64,000 nt of DNA from Gordius albopunctatus (taxonomy: Eukaryota). A program made the translations under genes and the position numbers. The first letter of the stretch is position 1. Every line of letters begins with the position of its first letter. The notes beneath the pieces were generated by a model. That model did no database searches, was not told the DNA's origin, and was given only the letters and a program-made list of their open reading frames with translations. The stretch lies in assembly GCA_964276515.1 (NCBI GenBank), contig OZ193909.1, positions 14,012,001-14,076,000 of the forward strand. Reading direction: 5' to 3'. Shown piece by piece: positions 48,901-60,900 of the stretch.

Positions 48901-51900
48901 AAGCTCATCATTAGCTAAAAATCCAAAAAACGTCTCAAAACTTAAGGTGCTACGAGGTGTCGCGAATAAAAAGAAATGATAGATTTCCATGCCTAAGGCA
49001 CATATTTTGGTCCTTTATAAACCGCAATAACTTAATAAAGTATACATTAAATGAGATTACAATTTCAATCGAGGACTCTAAATAAAACTTCTCCTTTCTT
49101 ATCACTTAATTTTAGTTGCCATCATGGGCGAAGCCAGGATTGGAGAGGGGTGCATGATTTAGGGAGGGACAAATCTACGCCCATTTCTATGTCCAATTTA
49201 AATTCTAATGGTAGACACTTCACTGGGTACACGTACGTATGTTAAAACATAAAAATTTCACATAATATATAGTAAAATTACTTACCAAAACTTCTATCGG
49301 GTTGTTTAAATTAGTAAAAGATACTGCTCCAACTCCTTTGAAAGTATTGAAACACTTCAACTCGGGTTGAGATAATTGAAACGAAATCTCATTAGTTCGA
49401 CATTTAACCAGCACTTGGACATATTTTTTATCCGGGCCACAAGTATGTAAGGTGTGTCCCACAGTGAAAGGTTGGTAAAAACGCAAATTTTGTGTAATGC
49501 GACTTCGTTCCCAAGGGCAAAAAATTTCGATCTAAAAGCAAATTGATAGTTTTATTTTTATAGTGCATGTATATGAGCTTCTTATACAATTATTAAAAAA
49601 CATAATTAAACTAATAAAGTGACAATTAATTATCTCATTGATGTAACCAGGTGGAACTAGAGTGGGGAAATAAGGCTTTAGGGGGGTGGGACATACAAAT
49701 GTTTTTCTTTATAATTCAAGCCATAAAATATTAAATTTATAAGAATTTCTGAACTTAGAGGATGCTTTCCCTTTGCAACGCACATAACTTATTTCTTGCA
49801 CATATATTACAAACCACATTTTTATGAATATTCGAGTCAATTATAGTGTGTCTATGCCACAAAACGAAAGGCAAATAAGGTTAAAATTTAGATAAGAGGA
49901 GGTAAAAAATATACGAATTAACTTTAAATAACAATCGCACCTCCTCACAACCGTAATAAATAGGAAATGTTTCATAGATTACATCTGGCACTACAATTGA
50001 ATTCCATTTTACAAATAAATTTCGCGGAATTTAAAAATTAGATAAATGTTTAAAGAAAGGACCAACTTACTATATGATCAAATGTATGGGGAGTACCCTT
50101 TCTCTTCTGTATATTTTTGGAAGAGGTATAGGAATCAACGTAGAATTGGCAAGGGATTATCAAGGTATGATAATTAGGTATCTCTTTCACAATTTCGAGG
50201 CTAAATCGTTCATCTTTAGATGGCAGGAATTTGAGTAGGGGTGCTTTGGACTCAATTCCAGCTTCGTGCCCATTAAGCAAACTTGGAAACTTTGAAAAAA
50301 AAGAAAAAATGTAAAAGAAAAAACTAGGGCGAAACGAGTGTACAATTTAAACAAAATACTGTTGTTTTTTTACATTTATAAAGCATCATTGGCAAACAAA
50401 TGAGCCCAAAATATAAAGTTAAAAAAACGCCATTTGTTGTCGTTTTACAATAAAAGTATACCTCCTTTGCAACATGAATTAAAATTTGGCAGTAAAGTGA
50501 AAATATAAGTTTAAAAAAAGAAGAAAGTATTTTTTAGCATTAACTTCGATTAAAAAACAAAATTTCAGACTTTATTTCAATTAATCGCGCGACCCATCAA
50601 CACTAAAATGTATTGCATATTATTTCAAGCATTATAGATCTTTCTAACATAACAGAGTAATCATATCGTAATGATAACAATAGCATCAATCTAACTAAAA
50701 TAACTCACATTTTCAAGCTTAACGAAATTTGGAAAAAGTTTTTCCATTTTCAGCTTTGGCCTATTAAAGGGGACAAGGATCATATAGTTATTAAAAATTC
50801 TTAATTCAAAATTTAAGAAACTTTAATAATTCCTTCATTCATCTTTATACTCAATAACTGGAAACAAATAATACAACCTCACACAAGAAAATTACCTTGA
50901 TATCCAAGCCAGGGGTTACCGTAAATTTTAATTCGATTCCGGGTCGTATGCTGAAGGAGCCAGTGGTCAAGACCAAAGCCCAAGTCTGTTGAATACCGGC
51001 TAAAGGCTTAACTTTACTCACACCCCTACATCTTATGCCTGGGCTGGTGGAAGTCAAGGCCAAAGGTACTAATGAAGGAGGTACGGCTTCGCACGGGCTA
51101 ATAACTATTTTATGATCCGGTTTCACGTCCTTCCCAAATTCAAAGTATAAACTCGGCCGTACTTTCCAAATATCTAAGGTACGATTTGTAGCGTTGAAAT
51201 CACCAAGATTTGCTTGGAAAGATAGGAGACCATCGCCCCACACGAAAGCGAGATGAGTGAAGTGATATGTACTATTGTTTTTCGCCTGTCAAACACAACG
51301 TGATTTAAACATTGCAATAGATAACTAAAAAAATAATAGAGAAAATTGATAAAAAATCAACATAATCATTTTGTTTGGTTTAAAATTCTTTTCATTCGCT
51401 CTAGAAGAGCCACTTTACATGGTATTAAAATCGATATGACATGTATAATCGACCAGAAAAATTAAATTAAAAAATATCACTACTTTCTTAAATGTTAATG
51501 TAACATAATTTTGCCAACCGTTACCTAGTTATTTTTATAATTATTTGCCCGACTCCATTTCTTCCAGATCCCTAGCTACGTTTATGAAAAGGATTGAAAT
51601 ATTTATATTTTATGAAGCCCTTTCATTTTTCGCAATACACATGTGCTCTCTAGACTTATAACAAAGGCGTCATGCCTTTTCACACAATGTATTATACACA
51701 TATAAGTGTTAAACTTAATTCTAATTCATTTAATTTTGTTAACAAATTAAATTTGGTTTAACAAAGCTTCCTCATTTCGCATTTTTTATTCCCTAATCTA
51801 CGTTATTACTTATGTGTAATTTCTATAATAATTCATTTCCTTATAATTCTTTTTTTTGCCCAATTTCGTAATTCACCCTTTTTTATTCCCTTATCTAGGC

Positions 51901-54900
51901 TATTACTTATTTTTATAATACACTAGATGAACCCGGCAAAAGTTGTTTTGCCATTTACCCGGGGGGTGTGTTAAATTATGTTGGAATTTTAGGGCATATA
52001 TGATGATAAAGCGGTTTTTGAAGTAAAAATAAAGTTTGATGTCTATCTATATGTTCTACTTCTATTGTTCTATTCCCGTATACAGTGCAACGCGAACGAA
52101 TACTCGAAAACTACTAGACCGATTTGGCTCGAACAAATCTTAAAACATGCTCCGGAGTGTCAGGAATAAACTGTGAAATTTTGAGCCAAATCGGTCTGGT
52201 AGTCTTCCAAAATTGGTGGCGGCCTATATATACACACACACATCGTTTCATTTTTATATAAGATAATTAATTCCGATAGCATTCTTTTTGGCTTTATATA
52301 AAATTTCCCCCGTTATATTCTATAACAAGAAGGTAATTTATTGATAAAATAGAGTTATTTATCAAGAAAAAGTAAGTATTACTAATTCGAATAATTTTTT
52401 ATTAACCTCGATGAATTAGCAATTAATCTATTGAAAATTTGTAACTTATTAATCGGGCCGGGCAGCTCTAATGGATCGCGCTGGCCGAGCGGACACCTAG
52501 AAGGGTTCATGCGGTCAATTTATTTAATAATTTGGACCGTGTCGGGTCATGCAGAAAAATGTAAACAAATCTGACCTCTGTTTGGGATCGCATAAATTCG
52601 GGCCTAACGGGAAAATTTAAAATTTCGGGCCGGGCGATTCGGGGGGACTCTTAGAAGGGTTCGGGCGGGTAAGGAAGTTAAAAAATTGAATCGGGCCGGG
52701 TTTGGGCAGAAAATTTCCAACCTATCTGACCTCGGTAAACATCGCGTACGCATTATGTACTCCGTTTTCCAACCATAGTGGGAAGAATTTTAATAAGGGG
52801 AAGGGGTTCACGTAAACGGGAATAAATCTAAATATAGTGGTGAAACATAAAGACGAAAATGGGGGATCTATACATGACACTTTAATATAGAGCAATAAAT
52901 TAGTTTTTTAGGAAAAATTAAAAATACCGTGGCTATAGAGCCTCAAAAAAGGTCAAAAGGGTAGTGCATTCACCTATAACCTCGTTTATGTAGAAACTGG
53001 AGGTTTTGGGGAAAAAATTAAAAATAGATCTTAATTCAGCGCGAAATTCTCTCTCAGAATTATCGGTCCAATTGCAGCACGACCTTTTTTGTAGACATAC
53101 GTTATTAAGGTCTCGTCAACCAGATAAGAACCCTATGTAAGGGTGCCACAATTTAATTAAGTTTACTATAGTTACTGCCATCTAGGGGCAATTTTAATTT
53201 ATATACCTATCTTTTTAGGCTTTGCTTCGGTTTTAGGGTATCTGTTAAAATTTTTTGTTCAATACCGGTGCCTATTTTTTTTAATTTTCGCCAAATAAAC
53301 ATATAATGAAAATAAATATAGTCTAAATAGTTAAATGGCACCAATATTGTTATTCTGGGCAGCATTAAAGTTCCCGTAGGCGTCTAGAGGTAATATTATA
53401 AGTAGTAATGATAATATGGTTTAAAATAATATGGGCTGGGTGATGGCCTGAAAAAGAGTTGAATATTGACACCACTAGGTCCTTTAATAAGGAAGATTTA
53501 TGGTAAAGTACGTATATCCTGTGTTTTTGAGGCAATAAATTCGATAAATGAGTGGACCTCGGTATTTGAAGAGTAGATGTTTTTCTAATAGCCCTAGACT
53601 AAATACACGGTTCGGTTCAACAAGAAAAATCAGCCGGCTAACAGTAGATTTTGGTAGAGGTTTTCGCATTGAACACGAATATATTTTTAATTTTTTCCTT
53701 ATACGTCAAGTTTTTGAAACATTTGTTGTTAAATTTGCCAGAAACAACGATTTTAGCATTTTCAAACGTCAATAACTTGCACATTAATCGGAATTTTAAT
53801 TTAATAAATTTGATTCATAAATAAAGGCGAGAGAAATTCATTAAATCTTCGTTAATCCAAAGCATTCATTAATTATAATTATAAATTGGAACATCCTAAA
53901 AGCAAACCTTCGTTTACTTTATAAAACACGAATAAAAATCAAATCGTTTTTCTAACGAGCTTTTAGCAGGCTTAGGTATATCTAGGCCCGGTGTAGTACG
54001 GCAGAAGCCAGCCGTGTTTAATAAGAGCTGTCAATCAATCATTTTGACTGAAATATTTTTTACTAAAGGTCAAATTTTGCTATTTATGAGCGCTACGTTT
54101 ATTGTTTTTAGTATATTGAGTTTAAATTAACATTTTGGATATATTATTTTAATTTTTAATTCACATTTTGTATATAATATTTTCAACTCTATCTATATAT
54201 TAAAATTTTTTAATATACCTGAGAAAAAATCCCCACCCCCTTCAATGAGAATCAGATCATAATATAAGCTAATTCTTAAACATTATATTTTAAGGTTTCG
54301 TTATTTATTTCAGTTTTCTTAGCTTTTTGTTGATTTTTTAAAGTAAACTACGCTTTTATATGGAAATTTCTTAATGAAAAGAGTTTAAATTTGAATTGGA
54401 GATCTGACCTACGACCCCCCCCCCCCATTGTAAAATAAATTGGTATAGATACACATAATATTTATAAAATACTAAATTTTTAGTAAGTTTCAATAGCTTT
54501 ATGTTTAGATTAATAATACAGATAAATTCATAAAATTCTATGGACAAAAAAGTAATTTTAAGTGTTTTCTTGGGCAGGGCTTTCACCCCCCCCCCTCAGA
54601 AAATATACTTTGATTTAATCAAAATATCCAATTATGTTTTTATAATTTTTATATATAAAAACATAATTTTTATATATAGTTTTTTAACTTTTATAAATAA
54701 AAGGAAGCTTAAATAGACGAAATAAGTTGATTTAGTATTTAATTTAGTGTTTTATGATTGTAACCTCATAAAAACAAACACACAATGGCCAAATAAATTA
54801 ATTTACTTGTGTGAGACATTCGCCCCCCCCCCCCCCCAAATACACTTAAATTAAATTATATTTTATTTAGCTTTAGTTCATTTTTTAAATAATATTTGAT

Positions 54901-57900
54901 ATCAAAGTATATAAATAAATAGATCCCTTAAAAACAAATTTATAATGGCAAAAAAATTAATTTACTTATGTGGGACATTCCCCCTCTAAAAAATCAACTT
55001 TTATCCAATTATATTATTTCGCTTTAATTTATTTTTTATATAATATTTAAATTGAAATATAAATAAATTAATATCATTAAAATTTAATTCAAATTCTAAT
55101 AATGTTAGACAAATTACTAATAGGAGAAAAGAAATTTATAGTGTTTTTGGATAAAATTGTTTTAATTTAGAACTTTATCTCAGTAGTAACACGATGAACG
55201 CTGGTTGCAGAGGTCAGATTTGTTTAAACCCGGCCCGGTTTGATTTTATGATTAAACTTCCCGTCCAAATCCTTCTAAGTGTCTGCCCGGCCCGAAGCGC
55301 AAGAGCTGCCGCCCGAAATATTACATGCGTCCGAATTTTTTTTTCTATCTTAAAAATTACCCGATAAAAACTAGCGAAATTTTGGAGAGATATTTAAGGT
55401 TAAATTTTGTTGGGAAATAAAATCATAACATTCACTAACTTATATTGTACAGCATTTTTAAACGGGGCATCTGGATTTAAGATAATTTAGTCTTTCAATA
55501 ATAATGTGTTAATGATTTGTTAAAAAAATAAACAATTTATACATATAAATCACTTGAATGGAATAAATAATGGAAATTTTTGTTAGAATGAATTTGAATA
55601 TGAAACTTAAATAATATTCTGTTTGAACTTGGCGCCTTGAAGACGCCCATCGTAAGATTTTAAGAGGGAAAACACTTATCTCATAAATCATTCCATATTT
55701 AATATTTTATAATCTCTCTCTAATCTGCTTTTTGACTCCTAACAAAATTGGATGTTTGCCTAGACTGCACGCACATGCTTTGCGTTAGTTAGCAATAAAA
55801 AAAGGACGTAAAAGTAAATATTCATCAAATTCATTAAATTCTTTTAAAAACCAACGTAGTTAGCGATAGGATTTAACCCACGAGAGCATTCGTGGGACAC
55901 TACAGACCCACTATAGTTATAAAACATACGTATAAAACGCGTTTAAAGACGAATTCTGGCCTTTTCAGTAGTCTAATATTTTACCGAGAACAAAATATGG
56001 GAAATTTTATAACTTTTGGCCCAATACTTTTTAAAATATAGAATCTTTTTGGTCAAAGGGGTCCTGTGTGTGTACTAGTGTTGTAAAAAACCAAGGTTTT
56101 AGATTGGTCGCCTGCAAGGGTTAGCGTTTTTTCCCCACCAAACCCTTTCAGTGTTAGGTGAATTTTTTTGGTTCACCCTTGGTGTATTGGCGCTTCTCAC
56201 ACCCCTAACACCAAGGGTGTTTGGGTGAATCTTTTTGGTCGACCTTTGGCGTTTTTACAAAAAAAAACACCTTTGGCGTTTAGGTGAATTATTTTGGTAA
56301 CCTTTTGGTTTGGTTTTGGTCGTTTTGGGTTATGTATGGAAATATGTGACGTTTTTGAAATTTTTGTATATAATAGTTATTTATTTTTGTAGGAAATATG
56401 AAATGACGTCACTAATTGAAAAGTATCATACTTGTTAGTTATAATCAACCTATAATTTGTTCCAATTGGTATGCGATGCATAATTGATGCTGATCATTAA
56501 AGGTGTATTATAAAAATATTTTTTTTCACCTGTTAAATGTGAAACAGGTGACAAATGTCAAAATCTTTAATATCTATGGAAATGAATATTTTTTTCTGCA
56601 AATTGGTTCATTATAGGACTAAAAAAAATTTTAAACTCGAAAATAATATTTTTTCACCTGTTCCATGTGAAACAGGTGACACCTTGACATATAAAAATTA
56701 CTTTTACATAATCTTACTAACTTAGGTTGTATACATAGTAATTTGAATTATTCTTAATAATCATATTTAATCTTCAAACTTAAAATATCTTCAATATTTA
56801 ATTTGCAATAACCCCACGATAATTCACAAGTATAAAATAAAAATTTATTATATAATAATGTCACAAATTATAAATTTGCCCAATCCCTTAAGCATAAAAT
56901 ATAATTGACAGAAGAGGACGAAATCTGTTTTCTTTTCTTGGTGAGACTATGTTCGATGCAGCAGAAAATAATCTCTCAGCAGGAACTGACGTGCCTTGTT
57001 GAGCTAGAAATTTTTTGGATATTTTGGATAGTTTGGGATACTTCTTTTGGTTCTTTGACCACCAATCCAAGATGTTTTGATCAGCTAAATAAATTATTAA
57101 TATGTAATATATACCAATAAATAGCAATTGATATATTACCATCAAGTAACGATTGATCCAAATATGTATTTAATTCTTCACTATCTGGTTGGCTATTACT
57201 TTTTAAAATATAATTAATAATAATTTAAAAGATACTCTTCTAATAATTGAAATGCTAAAGATGTTGAAGATAATGGCCGAGTTGTTTCAGTTGTAGACGT
57301 AGTCGTCAATGTTAAAAGAACCTCTAGTTCCATTTCATTTTCTGCCGTAATCAAATCCGTAGGCATTTTTTGCCTTTTCAATCTAGGATCAAGTAGAACT
57401 CCGACGTAAAAATTAAAGGAATTATAAAAACATTCATATTGATGTAATTTCTCGAGCATTAATTCAGTTGAATTTTGTATTTTAGGACTATCAGTTCTAA
57501 AACCAGTAAGATATTTTCCGATTTTATCCACATAGTAGGAGCATAGTCCTAACGACGGAGACGTTTGTGTCGAAATGGATTCGGTCATGACAGAGAAAGC
57601 AGATAGAAATGATTCAATTTCTTTTAGAAATCGAACTTCTTCTTCCGAGCTTAAAGGGCCACTCAAAGCCAACCCATCGTTTGCCCCTCCTAGTGTGTTT
57701 ATAACACCTATATGCTAAAATATTATAATAAAAATTAATATATTAATTTACCTTATTGAACATCCTCAGCATATTAAAGGTGCTATTCCACCTAGTTACA
57801 ATATCAAGGGGAATTTTCACTCCGGCTAAATCTGTAAATTTTTGCATTAGCTTAGGAGACGTATGTAACCTTCTCACCCATCTCGATACTTTGATCAAAT

Positions 57901-60900
57901 CCTCTTCAAGAACTTTAATCCCCGCCTTTACCAATAGGTTAATGACTTCTCCAAGGCATCTGGTGTGATAAATACCCGTCGTTTTTGTTTGAATATGATT
58001 TAGAGCCGAAATCATGTTCGTGGCATTATCGTTTGTAATAGCCACTACCTTGTTGGAAATGTTGAACTTAGCCATTACACCCAAGATTTTTTGTGCGATA
58101 TTATTGCCTGTATGTGGGTATTGTAGGCTCGATATCTCGATCACAAAACTTTGTAATTCAAAATTTGCATTAATGATGTGGGCAGTAATACCCAAGTAGG
58201 ATATACATTGGACGCTTGACCATACATCCAATGTTAAGGAAATATCATCCGCTTGATTTAAAATATCTTTTATAACAATAACTTTATCTTCGTACAGACT
58301 TTTAATGTGGTTGAACAAGGTAGGTCTTGTAATTACTTTTATTGAGGAGTTGATACGTTCAAATAAATGTTTAAAATTTTTATTTTGAACCAGGCGAAAG
58401 GAAAGGCCTTCTTCTATAATTAGCATGGTTATTAATTTATTAATTTCCGCATTTTCCTCCGAAGACACAACTCCCTTTAATATTGATTTGTTGGATGGGC
58501 TTTGAAAATTGGGATGGTACGATGAATAATGATATTTCAGATTACCTAGAATATATCGCTTTAGATATGGCTCTAGAAATAATAGATCTAATAAAATTAA
58601 TAATAATAGTATTATTTTAAGGATATTGATATCTTGTTAGAAACGATTACGAAAAGGGGGGAGGCCATATTGTTTATTAATAACATGAAAAAATTTGTAC
58701 TTGTTGAAGTTTTTCCNNNNNNNNNNNNNNNNNNNNNNNNNNNNNNNNNNNNNNNNNNNNNNNNNNNNNNNNNNNNNNNNNNNNNNNNNNNNNNNNNNNN
58801 NNNNNNNNNNNNNNNNNNNNNNNNNNNNNNNNNNNNNNNNNNNNNNNNNNNNNNNNNNNNNNNNNNNNNNNNNNNNNNNNNNNNNNNNNNNNNNNNNNNN
58901 NNNNNNNNNNNNNNNNGTATATTTCGAAACAATTTTATTTGCTAATATTTGAAAATTTGAATTTTATAAAATAAATTTAGTAAGAATTATACCTCATAAA
59001 TATACACATATGGAATCTACCCTTATTTATATAGATGGTTGATGTACCTGGTAATCCCACCCCGATCCCCACAATCACCAGTCACGATTCACCTTTACCT
59101 CCCTCTCAATCACCTAGGTATATTTGGACGCCGTCCAAAACCAGGAGAAAATGTCGTCATTGTGAAAAGATATATAGTGGAAAAACTTCAACAAGTACAA
59201 ATTTTTTCATGTTATTAATAAACAATATGGCCTCCCCCCTTTTCGTAATCGTTTCTAACAAGATATCAATATCCTTAAAATAATACTATTATTATTAATT
59301 TTATTAGATCTATTATTTCTAGAGCCATATCTAAAGCGATATATTCTAGGTAATCTGAAATATCATTATTCATCGTACCATCCCAATTTTCAAAGCCCAT
59401 CCAACAAATCAATATTAAAGGGAGTTGTGTCTTCGGAGGAAAATGCGGAAATTAATAAATTAATAACCATGCTAATTATAGAAGAAGGCCTTTCCTTTCG
59501 CCTGGTTCAAAATAAAAATTTTAAACATTTATTTGAACGTATCAACTCCTCAATAAAAGTAATTACAAGACCTACCTTGTTCAACCACATTAAAAGTCTG
59601 TACGAAGATAAAGTTATTGTTATAAAAGATATTTTAAATCAAGCGGATGATATTTCCTTAACATTGGATGTATGGTCAAGCGTCCAATGTATATCCTACT
59701 TGGGTATTACTGCCCACATCATTAATGCAAATTTTGAATTACAAAGTTTTGTGATCGAGATATCGAGCCTACAATACCCACATACAGGCAATAATATCGC
59801 ACAAAAAATCTTGGGTGTAATGGCTAAGTTCAACATTTCCAACAAGGTAGTGGCTATTACAAACGATAATGCCACGAACATGATTTCGGCTCTAAATCAT
59901 ATTCAAACAAAAACGACGGGTATTTATCACACCAGATGCCTTGGAGAAGTCATTAACCTATTGGTAAAGGCGGGGATTAAAGTTCTTGAAGAGGATTTGA
60001 TCAAAGTATCGAGATGGGTGAGAAGGTTACATACGTCTCCTAAGCTAATGCAAAAATTTACAGATTTAGCCGGAGTGAAAATTCCCCTTGATATTGTAAC
60101 TAGGTGGAATAGCACCTTTAATATGCTGAGGATGTTCAATAAGGTAAATTAATATATTAATTTTTATTATAATATTTTAGCATATAGGTGTTATAAACAC
60201 ACTAGGAGGGGCAAACGATGGGTTGGCTTTGAGTGGCCCTTTAAGCTCGGAAGAAGAAGTTCGATTTCTAAAAGAAATTGAATCATTTCTATCTGCTTTC
60301 TCTGTCATGACCGAATCCATTTCGACACAAACGTCTCCGTCGTTAGGACTATGCTCCTACTATGTGGATAAAATCGGAAAATATCTTACTGGTTTTAGAA
60401 CTGATAGTCCTAAAATACAAAATTCAACTGAATTAATGCTCGAGAAATTACATCAATATGAATGTTTTTATAATTCCTTTAATTTTTACGTCGGAGTTCT
60501 ACTTGATCCTAGATTGAAAAGGCAAAAAATGCCTACGGATTTGATTACGGCAGAAAATGAAATGGAACTAGAGGTTCTTTTAACATTGACGACTACGTCT
60601 ACAACTGAAACAACTCGGCCATTATCTTCAACATCTTTAGCATTTCAATTATTAGAAGAGTATCTTTTAAATTATTATTAATTATATTTTAAAAAGTAAT
60701 AGCCAACCAGATAGTGAAGAATTAAATACATATTTGGATCAATCGTTACTTGATGGTAATATATCAATTGCTATTTATTGGTATATATTACATATTAATA
60801 ATTTATTTAGCTGATCAAAACATCTTGGATTGGTGGTCAAAGAACCAAAAGAAGTATCCCAAACTATCCAAAATATCCAAAAAATTTCTAGCTCAACAAG

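Noticed and set aside
53130..54000. Possible further non-autonomous DNA element in the TRAPPC10 intron
   Set aside because: Looks repeat-like, but I could not find matching TIRs or a TSD.
58612..58952. ORFs spanning the N run
   Set aside because: Artefacts of the assembly gap.
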